A DNA stretch of 63,693 nucleotides, counting the filler, from Octopus bimaculoides (taxonomy: Eukaryota): assembly GCF_001194135.2 (NCBI RefSeq). It is 9 parts of 9 records of this genome, joined end to end, with 100 filler letters (N's around TTAATTAATTAA, not from the genome) between each part and the next. Parts side by side here need not be neighbours in the genome. Positions count along the whole stretch, not along the records: positions 1 to 7,353 come from NC_068985.1; positions 7,454 to 29,311 come from NC_068993.1; 7 more parts are not named here. One strand, written 5' to 3'. The stretch's first letter is position 1. Each line of letters starts with the position of its first letter. The notes beneath the pieces were generated by a model. It did not search any database. It was not told the origin of the DNA and saw only the letters and a list, made by a program, of their open reading frames with translations. Below, in pieces: positions 1 through 12,180 of this stretch. A program made the position numbers and the translations under genes.

Positions 1-51
<51 letters not shown>

Positions 52-833
52 ATACAAACACCGATACCCACCACACATATAAGAATATAAAAACATAAAT
101 GTACACACATAAATGTAAACATATGTGTAAGCTAGAGATACTAAAAAGAATATTCAATATCCAAAGTAGAGTCATCAAATTTACTGGATGCCGAAACATT
201 ACAAACCTTTAATTTGGTTGTCTCTGTCGTTGCCTTCTCTGGATGATTGTTAGGAATGATACGTGAAAATAAATATGGTAAGCATATAAGAAATATATTT
301 GTCATCATATCAAGTATTGTTATGAAATGATGCCATGCCTTGGGCCCTCAACTCTTTGATAGAGTCATAGGGGGACTGTCACCACATATAGCGTGCCTCA
401 AGGAGCTCCAGATCTGGCGTGGCCCATCTATCCCCAAGTCTGATCACAGCCGATTTTTCCCACAAAGCGAAACAGTTTCAGATCCGTAGAGTTATAGATC
501 CATTGCAACCGTACAGTTATAGATCAATTGCAGCCGATCTAACCAATCGGTTTTGTATAGGATGTTCGGTAATTAGGTCATTATCTGAGACCACGTTCAT
601 AGGATGTTCAGTAATTAGGTCATTATCGCTCCTAATTACCTAATTTCCTGTGCGAAATGTATTAGTAAACTCAACTGAAATGGATTTACAATACCGTATA
701 CTTTATAATTAACACCATGTATATACTTTATTGACAAATATATTCAAGTACCTGCTTGCTGACATATAGATTCTTGCTGACTTATAGATTCTCGCTGATT
801 CATAGAGTCTTAGACTACACGCACGCGCACGCG

Positions 834-902
<69 letters not shown>

Positions 903-1098
903 TTTAAAACAGGATGATTCTGTACCATTCAGCTTAAAGTTTCGCTGGCCTCTAACAGAAGCTCAGGATATGTTTCTCTTAGAGCCCCAGCTAAACTTTA
1001 AGTTGCGTGGAGCCGAATTAAACCGTTTTGAATAGTACATGTAAATCCTACTAAATAAATGTGTTAAGTGCCCTTTTCTTCCGTCTTTCCACTCACAC

Positions 1099-1129
<31 letters not shown>

Positions 1130-1427
1130 CCACATAATCACGTGATATACACACCAGGCTATCAGATGTTATACATCGCAGGTCACAATGCTCTTTTGTA
1201 CTGTTTTAGCCTTCAGATGACGCCACCCATCTGGCTAGGCAAGTAGGCCAACAATCATCGAAGGGGAACTGGAGCAATGTGCTTAAGAAGACAACGCACC
1301 ACCCAGTTAGGAAATCGAACCCACGATCTGGGGATCGTGAGTGCAACACCCTGATCACTAGACCACGCACCTTCACACACACGCGCCTTCACACACACGC
1401 GCCTTCATACACACGCGCCTTCTCACA

Positions 1428-1428
<1 letters not shown>

Positions 1429-1503
<75 letters not shown>
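1429..1503. repeat. (ATT)n microsatellite (representative of dozens of TA, CA, TATG, TATC, ATT and ATC tracts in the window)
   Basis: Pure triplet run. Other long tracts include 1-50, 827-899, 2266-2328, 2812-2899, 10342-10424, 16226-16277, 32444-32530, 39820-40060 and 40490-40670. Confidence 0.97.
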
Positions 1504-2265
1504 TTCTCTTTATCACAGTTTTTGCTGGAGCTCCTGTAGTCTTGCATGCGTAGCGGGCTTACTACCTGCAGCCTACAGTTCTTTACAGCTATCTTATACT
1601 TTCCTGATTATTCCGGCCGTGCCAAGGAGGCAAGCATTTTGTAACAGTTCTACTGGGCACTCTATTCCAATTTCCTTTATATTCTTCTTGATGCCGTCTG
1701 ACACTGTTCCCAAGGACCCAACAATAATTGGCACTATCTTCACAGTCTTCATTTTCCATAGTCAGGCTATTTCGTACTTTTAAGAGGGCTATATCTATCT
1801 ATCTTTTCGCCTTCTTCTTTGACTATTGGTGTGCCAAAGGGGCATGCAACATCAGCTATATAGCCTATGTGGTGCACCACCACTAGGTCCGGTCTGTTAT
1901 GCTCTAGCACCTAATTTGTCTAGGCTGGGAAATTTCAGAGGATTTTGCCACTCTCTGCGGTTTGTGCTCATACGATGTCCTGCCTCTCCCTAGACCCCAC
2001 TTTTCGCACAGTTTCCAATGGTCGTGTCGCCACAACTTGTAGTGGTTTTGGCAAGTCTAGGGCATTCATTCGTGATATGGGCAATGGTTTCGTCCACTCT
2101 ATTGCAGATGCAGTGCAGTGGAGACACTTGCTCATTCCTAAGGTTGACCCTCCAGTTCGTGGCCAAAGCATGGTCTTGCGCTGCCAGTATATGGCTCTCG
2201 GTCTCTTTTTTTAGGGGTCCTTTCATCAGCCAATTCCAACTATTTTCTTGAGCAACTTTTGTTAT
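1504..2265 (-). mobile_element. 5'-truncated R4/Dong-type non-LTR retrotransposon (zinc knuckle + restriction-like endonuclease region), degenerate
   Basis: Translates, with frameshifts, to WLMKGPLKKETESHILAAQDHAL, C..C.R.DETIAHITNEC and HNRPDLVVVH..IADVACPF. Flanked by (ATT)n on the 3' side and (ATC)n(ATT)n on the 5' side. Confidence 0.8.
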
Positions 2266-2312
<47 letters not shown>

Positions 2313-2532
2313 TATTATTATTATTATTTAGAACATGCAGCATGAAGTTTCGTAGGTTCGTCACATGAATGTAATATGTCGGATTGGATTCAGTTGACCT
2401 CCTGTGCCCGACAAACTAGGTTCTGGGGTCGAATCAAACGGTCTTAAATAATAATATAAGTCCTACTAAACGTCTTGAGTGTCTCTTTCTTTCGTTTGTC
2501 CACTCACTAGTATACATACATACATACATGTA

Positions 2533-2582
<50 letters not shown>

Positions 2583-2811
2583 AGTATACAAATAAGTTCA
2601 CATATAGAAGTACATGCAAGTGTATATGCATATATGCATATATCATATATATGCACACACAAAGTTACATACATGTACAGTTAAGAAAACAAACAAAATG
2701 TATTTGCACGCCAATTTCTACCAAGAAAATTTTATAGCGTCAATGCACACGTCTCCATAAGAAATATAAATAAAAAGAATTAAATATACATAAATGTATG
2801 TGCGCGCTCCC

Positions 2812-2875
<64 letters not shown>

Positions 2876-3584
2876 GTCTGTCTGTCTGTCTGTCTGTCTA
2901 CTAGCAGATGTATGTTGATATACAAAGAGAGGGAGAGATAGGGCGTATGGGATTTCTGGCCGACGTTTTAGATTCATTCTTCAATTAAGATATAATACCA
3001 CTCCTATCGCATTTTCGCTCCCATATACACCCATATATATATATGTATATATATATATGTATGAATGCATATATATGCACTTACACGTATTCNNNNNNNN
3101 NNNNNNNNNNNNNNNNNNNNNNNNNNNNNNNNNNNNNNNNNNNNNNNNNNNNNNNNNNNNNNNNNNNNNNNNNNNNNNNNNNNNNNNNNNNNNNNNNNNN
3201 NNNNNNNNNNNNNNNNNNNNNNNNNNNNNNNNNNNNNNNNNNNNNNNNNNNNNNNNNNNNNNNNNNNNNNNNNNNNNNNNNNNNNNNNNNNNNNNNNNNN
3301 NACTCCTATCGCATTTTCGCTCCCATATACACCCATATATATATATGTATATATATATATGTATGAATGCATATATATGCACTTACACGTATTCGCATAA
3401 CTGAATACATCCGATATTAGCATACATACATACATAAATACATAGGCATTTCCATGTAAATAAGTATGTATGTGTGTATATATTTATGTATTATATATAC
3501 ATGTATATGTATACACACAAGTATAATATACATGTACATACATCCATATATATATATATTTAAAATATAGCCGTACACCCATCC

Positions 3585-3627
<43 letters not shown>

Positions 3628-4311
3628 CATATACACCGACACGTGTGTGTTTATACATTAATACATCTATGCATGCTTATACGGATATGCATGTGTCCAT
3701 TAATAGATGTACACTCACACAGGAATCAGAATGTTGAGCAAGTTTCAAATTCATACTTCAATTAAGATATAACAACAGATATCTACCAACTTCCCCGACC
3801 TATCAACGTGACTATGAGGTTTCAATTTCAAGTGCCGTTATAAATTAATTATAAATCAGATACAATATAAGCAAAATAAGACGAATCAAAATTCACTTGA
3901 AGTGTATATTCACACTGTTTTTTTGTTGTTGCTGTTTTTGTTTCTATTGTTGTTGTTGTTGTCTATGATGGCGGCGGTCGTGGTGGTAGTGGTAATGGTA
4001 TTGGTGGAGATTGTGGTGTTGTTGCTGTTGACGTAATCCCTGTGTTATCTAATGATATCAACATCCTCTTCGTTCTTTTACCATACAGAGTAAAACACGA
4101 TAAACTATGCAGATGTTTCATCTAATGTTAGGGGTACCCTAGCTGTACTATTACTACTAACTACTATTACCACCACCTCCACCACCACCAACCACATCCA
4201 CTACCAAAACTAGCTCCACCACCGCTGCCTCCGCCGCCCCGCCATCACCGTCGCTGTCACCGTAGCTGCGATCGTCGCTGTCACCGCGCCGCCACCGTCG
4301 CCGACACTGAC

Positions 4312-4365
4312 GCTGCCGCCAGTCCGGCCGCTGCCGCCAGTCCGGCCGCTGCCGCCAGTCCGGCC
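4312..4365. repeat. GC-rich 18-bp tandem repeat (GCTGCCGCCAGTCCGGCC)x3+, running into a gap
   Basis: Three identical units before the 4366-5210 gap. GCC/GCT triplet tracts lie on both sides of the gap, with (ACT)n at 5287-5330. Confidence 0.85.
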
Positions 4366-5287
4366 NNNNNNNNNNNNNNNNNNNNNNNNNNNNNNNNNNN
4401 NNNNNNNNNNNNNNNNNNNNNNNNNNNNNNNNNNNNNNNNNNNNNNNNNNNNNNNNNNNNNNNNNNNNNNNNNNNNNNNNNNNNNNNNNNNNNNNNNNNN
4501 NNNNNNNNNNNNNNNNNNNNNNNNNNNNNNNNNNNNNNNNNNNNNNNNNNNNNNNNNNNNNNNNNNNNNNNNNNNNNNNNNNNNNNNNNNNNNNNNNNNN
4601 NNNNNNNNNNNNNNNNNNNNNNNNNNNNNNNNNNNNNNNNNNNNNNNNNNNNNNNNNNNNNNNNNNNNNNNNNNNNNNNNNNNNNNNNNNNNNNNNNNNN
4701 NNNNNNNNNNNNNNNNNNNNNNNNNNNNNNNNNNNNNNNNNNNNNNNNNNNNNNNNNNNNNNNNNNNNNNNNNNNNNNNNNNNNNNNNNNNNNNNNNNNN
4801 NNNNNNNNNNNNNNNNNNNNNNNNNNNNNNNNNNNNNNNNNNNNNNNNNNNNNNNNNNNNNNNNNNNNNNNNNNNNNNNNNNNNNNNNNNNNNNNNNNNN
4901 NNNNNNNNNNNNNNNNNNNNNNNNNNNNNNNNNNNNNNNNNNNNNNNNNNNNNNNNNNNNNNNNNNNNNNNNNNNNNNNNNNNNNNNNNNNNNNNNNNNN
5001 NNNNNNNNNNNNNNNNNNNNNNNNNNNNNNNNNNNNNNNNNNNNNNNNNNNNNNNNNNNNNNNNNNNNNNNNNNNNNNNNNNNNNNNNNNNNNNNNNNNN
5101 NNNNNNNNNNNNNNNNNNNNNNNNNNNNNNNNNNNNNNNNNNNNNNNNNNNNNNNNNNNNNNNNNNNNNNNNNNNNNNNNNNNNNNNNNNNNNNNNNNNN
5201 NNNNNNNNNNCGCCGCTGCTGCCGCTCCCGCTGCCGCCGCTGCCGCTGCCGCTACCGCCGCTGACTCCGCTGCAGCCGCCATCTCTG

Positions 5288-5330
<43 letters not shown>

Positions 5331-5459
5331 CATAAACGTGTCTCTAGGTGGTCACAGCCAAATCACCTTACCGTCTTCAAAAAGGAACGAATGGTTCGAT
5401 AACGCAGTCATAAAAATGCATTTTTAAAATGAGACAGGAAAGTTGTTAAACACTATTAA

Positions 5460-5990
5460 AATGTACTAATAAAAAGCGGCTACAAAGGAAAAGTAGGATA
5501 TGTGGAAAAATGCCAAATGGATTAGCTTGGACAAAACAAAGAAATTGGTTTAAGCTCTCGTACTGCACCAAGAACAGAATATAGCTTGTATTTTCCTGAC
5601 CCAAATAAGTAAACACCCTTCCTGTTAAAGAATAAATATCGTAAGGTTTTTAAAATGAACAATATTAATGCTAGTTATAGCTGCTTAGAAAATACCGCAT
5701 CTCGAATTTCAGAAAAATAAAAATCTAAACTCAGATATATAAAAATCACTCCACTCATACTGGAAGAATGTACTTTCAGAAACACCTCATTCTGATCAGA
5801 CTCCTCCAAAACTTAGATCAGCTCCATGAAGAACTACTTTTGGCGTCACGAAAGATGCTTTTAAACTCAGATAGAGATAACACATACACGACTTTAGAAA
5901 CAAGGGGCTGATTCAGTTCCATCGCTTTTTCTTAAAATCTGAAATATAGTGGAATTTTCAATATTCTTTACGCTGGAGTATCGACCAAAA
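5460..5990 (+). mobile_element. Decayed Penelope-like element (RT C-terminus/linker + GIY-YIG remnant)
   Basis: Frameshifted peptides VLIKSGYKGKVGYVEK, RNWFKLSYC, NKYRKVFKMNNINASYSCLEN and KNYF/GVTKDAFKLR*R*HIHDFRN follow the PLE motif order. Confidence 0.6.
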
Positions 5991-6851
5991 TGCTACTGCT
6001 TATTTAAGTGGATTAAAGAAATGAAACATGATTAAGATACAAATATTACATCTTAAGACTCTATGTGTGGGTGTGTGCGTATATACATATATATAAATAC
6101 ATATACGAGCAATAGTTATAGCGACAGAAAATATGGAGAATGGTACATCCTCAAAATTAATTTCCTTTTAGTTTACAATGTCATGCAACATATTACTATG
6201 GCTACGATGACCTACACGTGTTTCCACTGCACAAAGTATAGGCAGTTGCATATGCAACCGGGCATAATTTTCTATGAAGCTTTGTCTTTCAAGATCGACA
6301 GTTTGAATCAAAACTCATATATATATATATATATANNNNNNNNNNNNNNNNNNNNNNNNNNNNNNNNNNNNNNNNNNNNNNNNNNNNNNNNNNNNNNNNN
6401 NNNNNNNNNNNNNNNNNNNNNNNNNNNNNNNNNNNNNNNNNNNNNNNNNNNNNNNNNNNNNNNNNNNNNNNNNNNNNNNNNNNNNNNNNNNNNNNNNNNN
6501 NNNNNNNNNNNNNNNNNNNNNNNNNNNNNNNNNNNNNNNNNNNNNNNNNNNNNNNNNNNNNNNNNNNNNNNNNNNNNNNNNNNNNNNNNNNNNNNNNNNN
6601 NNNNNNNNNNNNNNNNNNNNNNNNNNNNNNNNNNNNNNNNNNNNNNNNNNNNNNNNNNNNNNNNNNNNNNNNNNNNNNNNNNNNNNNNNNNNNNNNNNNN
6701 NNNNNNNNNNNNNNNNNNNNNNNNNNNNNNNNNNNNNNNNNNNNNNNNNNNNNNNNNNNNNNNNNNNNNNNNNNNNNNNNNNNNNNNNNNNNNNNNNNNN
6801 NNNNNNNNNNNNNNNNNNNNNNNNNNNNNNNNNNNNNNNNNNNNNNNNNNN

Positions 6852-6890
<39 letters not shown>

Positions 6891-7397
6891 CGACGGGCTT
6901 CTTTCAGCTTCCGCCTACCAAATCCACTCACAAGGCTATGGTCGGCCCGAGGCTATAGTAGAAGACAGTCGCCCAAGGTGCCACGCAGTGGGACTGGACC
7001 CGGAGCCATGTGATTGGGAAGCAAGCTACTTACCACACAGCCACGCCTAGTCTTGATTTCGGACGCAGCATATCCCAAACATTTTCATAATTATTTCAAT
7101 ATATATGTAAACTTAACAATTAGTAGACATGCGTACGAATGTATGTATGTATGTATGTATGTATGTATGTATGTATGTATGCATGTATGTATGCATGTGT
7201 GTATGTCTATTGACTCGCACACCGTTCAGTATAGTTTTGAAATACTTTGATACATGCTTCAACAAATGCATTTATATAAACATTAGATGCGCATACACAT
7301 GAATGTATGCATATATATAATATATCTATTCCTATAACTATAACTATATATATNNNNNNNNNNNNNNNNNNNNNNNNNNNNNNNNNNNNNNNNNNNN

Positions 7398-7409
7398 TTA
7401 ATTAATTAA
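7398..7409. other. Assembly spacer TTAATTAATTAA inside a 100-nt N block (artefact)
   Basis: The identical 12-mer with stops in all six frames, flanked by 44 N each side, occurs at 7398, 29356, 40715, 48114, 54823, 57785, 59037 and 62417. Confidence 0.97.
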
Positions 7410-7664
7410 NNNNNNNNNNNNNNNNNNNNNNNNNNNNNNNNNNNNNNNNNNNNGTGTTGCCATCCGGTTTCACCAGTCCTCAGTCAAATCGTCCAACCCA
7501 TGCTAGCATGGAAAGCGGACGTTAAACGATGATGATGATATATATATATATATACATATATACATATATATATATACACATATATACATATATATATATA
7601 CATACATATATATATATATGCATACATACATACATACACACATACATACATACATCCAAACATA

Positions 7665-7730
<66 letters not shown>

Positions 7731-8099
7731 AGGTTTCCTTCTACCAGACTCATTCACAAGGCATTAGTCAGTTCAAGACTATAATAATAGAAGACACTTG
7801 CCTGAGGTGCTATACTGTGGGAGTGAACATGAAATTACAAAAGAACAGAAAGCACACACATACAGAATGGATGCAGAAAAGCTTAATTCCCTCATCAGCT
7901 GTTAAGCAAATGTCATCACAATTTCAACACCAAACACAAAGGATATTACATTCAAATCATTTCCACCATTTCCAGCAGCAAGATAATGAAAACAACAAAG
8001 TTACAGTAACAATACCAACAATCAATAATGAAAAAAAAAAATACAATTTTTATCAATGTTTTTATTCATTCATGTTGACTTCTTTTTTTTTTTTTGCAG

Positions 8100-8240
8100 G
8101 TAAAAGAACTTGTTCAACATACGGAATGTTCTCTTGGACCAGTTGATATTTTGGTCAACTGTGCTGGCGTTATGTATTACACATTGATGAGAAACCTCAA
8201 AGAAGAAGAATGGGAGCGCATGATAGATATTAATTGCAAG
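8100..8240 (+). CDS. SDR oxidoreductase copy 1, internal exon (VKELVQHTECSLGPVDILVNCAGVMYYTLMRNLKEEEWERMIDINCK)
   Basis: Polypyrimidine tract + AG acceptor at 8098-8099 and GTGAGT donor at 8241. 141 nt, phase 0/0. Contains the SDR D-x-L-V-N-x-A-G motif. Confidence 0.92.
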
Positions 8241-8564
8241 GTGAGTCATATATGATACATACATATAGACACATACTCTATACACACGTTGACATACAAC
8301 TACATACACCTGTATGCCAATACACACCATGCACACTTTTTAACAGTCACATAACAATATACTCCTGATATAGATGCATATATACTACAGTATATAGATA
8401 CATATATACACGTATATAGAGATATATACAATATACTACTGTATACAGACATATAATATGCACATTTGTATAGGCATAGAATATAAGCATGTATCCTGAC
8501 ACATACAATATTGAAAATATATTACTTTTGAAAATTGGACACCTTTTTATTTTTGTTTCTTCAG

Positions 8565-8657
8565 GGTGTGACTAACTGTATTGGTGCTGTCCTTGATGGG
8601 ATGATAAAGAAAAAGTCTGGTCATATTGTCAACATATCCTCTGATGCAGGAAGAAGA
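8565..8657 (+). CDS. SDR copy 1, internal exon (GVTNCIGAVLDGMIKKKSGHIVNISSDAGRR)
   Basis: TTCTTCAG acceptor and GT donor at 8658. 93 nt, phase 0/0. GHIVNISS carries the SDR catalytic-serine strand. Confidence 0.92.
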
Positions 8658-9405
8658 GTATATAGCTTCTTCTTTTTTTTCTTTTTTTTTTTTTGCTTTA
8701 TATATCATCACTTCATTTGTCTGTGATTAGGTGATAGTATTAGGACTAATTTACACTGTGTAAATTAATTGTGTAGAATAATTTAGAATGTAAGTTTGCA
8801 GCAAACCATGTTAGAGAAGCCTGATGGTGAGTTCTTCATTTTAAGAACATAACAAACATTATCGAGTGAAAGCATATGCAATTCATTTCCCTACTCTTCT
8901 GGAAAAAACTCATATCTTGATATTTTAGGTGGGAGTACAGGCCAGTAGTGTATAGACTAACATTTTGTCATTGTTTATTTCTGATGATGGGCCATTGTAC
9001 CTGAAATATATAAGGGTTATTAAGCTTTTTCCTTTTCACATTGTAAGAAGTTCTCTGTCTTTGTCATCCATTTTCCATGCTGGTGTGGGTTGAATGGCTT
9101 GACAGGACCTATTGATCCTCAGGGCTGTGCCAAGCTCCAGTGTTAGTTTTGGCATGATTTCTATGGCTGAATGGATGCACTTACTCATGCTGTTGCACTA
9201 ATGAAGATGCAAGGACAGAGAAGAAACAGGGTAAAAGGAAAAGAAGTCCATGCCTAAGTGAGGAGGTAAGAGTATTTAAGAGAGGGAGGTCACTTTATGT
9301 CAGATGTTGAAAAAGCTAAAGTATGAGAGTATGACAGACACAGATATCTTATATACATATCTATCTGTCTCTTTATCTATCTATCTATCTATCTATCTAT
9401 CTGTT

Positions 9406-9447
<42 letters not shown>

Positions 9448-10338
9448 NNNNNNNNNNNNNNNNNNNNNNNNNNNNNNNNNNNNNNNNNNNNNNNNNNNNN
9501 NNNNNNNNNNNNNNNNNNNNNNNNNNNNNNNNNNNNNNNNNNNNNNNNNNNNNNNNNNNNNNNNNNNNNNNNNNNNNNNNNNNNNNNNNNNNNNNNNNNN
9601 NNNNNNNNNNNNNNNNNNNNNNNNNNNNNNNNNNNNNNNNNNNNNNNNNNNNNNNNNNNNNNNNNNNNNNNNNNNNNNNNNNNNNNNNNNNNNNNNNNNN
9701 NNNNNNNNNNNNNNNNNNNNNNNNNNNNNNNNNNNNNNNNNNNNNNNNNNNNNNNNNNNNNNNNNNNNNNNNNNNNNNNNNNNNNNNNNNNNNNNNNNNN
9801 NNNNNNNNNNNNNNNNNNNNNNNNNNNNNNNNNNNNNNNNNNNNNNNNNNNNNNNNNNNNNNNNNNNNNNNNNNNNNNNNNNNNNNNNNNNNNNNNNNNN
9901 NNNNNNNNNNNNNNNNATATATAAGAAAAATCAGTTATTTTACAGAAGTCAGTGGAATGGTAGGATTTTTTTTAACATGACCCATGATATTTAGTTACAT
10001 CCCTTTATTTCCTGAGTTCTAATTCTTCCAAGCTCAATAAAATAAGTACCAATCATTGAGTCAGTCTAATCGATTAAAACCACCTATAAACTATGCAGAT
10101 TTGTCTCTGTTAAAAATTAACAAGACATTTAGGCACCACTTGTTTAATGTCACTGATTCAACACTGACTTGTTTGACATCAGGCATTTTAATTTTTGTCT
10201 CATTCTTTCCATCTCTTTCTCTCTTTCTGTTTATGTGTGTGAGTATATTTCTCTTTATGTGTCTGAGGAGAGAGAAAGCTTTGTGTCAATCATATTCAAT
10301 TATTAAATTGTAATGTCTCTCTTTCTCACTCTTTCTAC

Positions 10339-10429
<91 letters not shown>

Positions 10430-10754
10430 CACATGCATGTGTGTGCTTGCATGTGCACAACTATGCTTGCCTCTAACCCCTAAAAAGCACAGCTGCTAAA
10501 ACAGGCTGAATGTCCAGTTTGCTGAACACCTAATCAGTTGTGACAAATCCTGTCTCCAAAGAGCCACAACAAATCAATTCACCCCAGCAGTGACTTGTTT
10601 TCAATTCTAAATTGCATGCATTTCATCTCACATTGCTAATACTTTTCAGAAAGGCATCATCCTCATCTAATCTCATTTTCTCTATCATAAATGTGAAACT
10701 ATGTCTCATGAAAAACATATATACCTAATATTTTCCCCTATCCCTTTTTTGCAG

Positions 10755-10913
10755 GGTTTTGCTGGTTTAGCAGTATATTCTGGATCAAAATTCTTTGTTG
10801 AAGGTTTATCTCAAGCTCTAAGGCAAGAGGTAGCTTCCTTGGGAATACGAGTAACATGCCTTCAACCTGGTGATGTGAAAACAGAGCTATTAAATCATAC
10901 AACAGATCAGGAG
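10755..10913 (+). CDS. SDR copy 1, catalytic exon ([53 protein letters not shown])
   Basis: TTTTTTGCAG acceptor and GT donor at 10914. 159 nt, phase 0/0. YxxxK (YSGSK) and PGxVxT motifs. Confidence 0.95.
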
Positions 10914-12036
10914 GTATCTAGCATTTAATTCCTTTACCTGTCAGATCTGGAATAAACATGAATAAAATACAGGTACAACAACGATTTTCCTGAACCTTTG
11001 GTTCCAAATTTTTTCCAGATTACTGATCCTTGCAAGCTAAATGAAACAAATTTTAAATTTACTTACATAATTAAATGAAATACAAGTGCCTGTCTGTTAG
11101 TATAAATGGTACAAGTTTTTTAATACTATACTGTGCAGGATACCAATAAACTAGATATTTTGGACCATCAGTGTCTGGAAAGTTGATGTTGTACATGTGT
11201 CATATACCTAAAAGTTTTTGAATAGGATAATTAATATTAGCAGCTTCACTACCCAACTTGAGTAGAATAAAGTAAAAGTATACACTATATATTTTGTTAG
11301 TCAATTTCAAAACATTAATTTCCAATAGTTTATATTAAAATGTCATATTTTACGATGAAAATCTGATACTGGACTGAGCTATGACATGGACAATATGGTA
11401 TTGAGTAGATTTGAGCTCTAAACAATGTGATACTTAAACACTGAAGATGTAAGCTGTAGGCTTAAATAGAGAAATATTACTTACAATAGACTATCCTAGC
11501 CAAAGGAAGATTTATTTTTCATTAACCACAAAATAGTTATAGTAATGTAAAAGTTAAACATTAAACTTCATAATTTGTTTTTATCCATTGAAATCCCTTT
11601 GAACAGAAAAGGCTGCCTGGGAGAGAGAAACCCACATCTTCTGTACATATAACAGACATTCTACTATTGGACCAAAGCAATCCTTCAAATTTCTCCACCC
11701 ATTTTAGAAGCTTTGTCCTTACCAGTGAGAATTTAAAAAAAACCTTTGAATAGAAAAGTTCCACAGGCAGCCTTTCACTTTTTCTATCTTGAGGGGTTTT
11801 TAACCCAGTATTAATATGTTATTATTTCTAACTTCATCAACAAAACCAAATTATTTTATGTCCCTCGAAGTTTGTAAATCCTTATTATGTAAACATTATA
11901 TTTCATATTATCAACCTTCTTGCATCTCTATTCCTTCCTTTGGTATTACATACTTTAACACCATAGCTTATTACATCTGAATAGTTGATTCTAAATTTAC
12001 TTAGAGATGTATTTTGATTTTTATTTCCTTTTACAG

Positions 12037-12180
12037 GCAAAGAATTTGTATGATGGTAGCAGTAATACAAAGATATTAGAGCCTGATGATGTTGCACAAG
12101 CTTGCATCTATGCTACATCACAACCAGCCTATGTTGCCGTTAATGAAATTCTAATAGAACCAAGAGAAGCACCCATCTGA
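12037..12180 (+). CDS. SDR copy 1, terminal exon (AKNLYDGSSNTKILEPDDVAQACIYATSQPAYVAVNEILIEPREAPI*)
   Basis: TTTTACAG acceptor, in frame with the preceding exon, TGA at 12178-12180. The C-terminal 'L.PDDVA.A..YA..QP..V.VNEI.I.P' pattern is typical of YdfG-like classical SDRs. An AT-rich 3' UTR with AATAAA signals follows. Confidence 0.92.
   Translation, partial: AKNLYDGSSNTKILEPDDVAQACIYATSQPAYVAVNEILIEPREAPI

Noticed and set aside
3000-3393. Identical block of about 92 bp on both sides of the 3093-3301 gap
   Set aside because: Typical unmerged contig overlap. It cannot be called a tandem repeat without reads.
4281-5333. Long ORFs rich in A/V, YI, HT, CV, M/I/V or X (also 29356-30587, 37241-37990, 53074-54301 and others)
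   Set aside because: They are translations of microsatellites and N runs, with no domain content or splice support.
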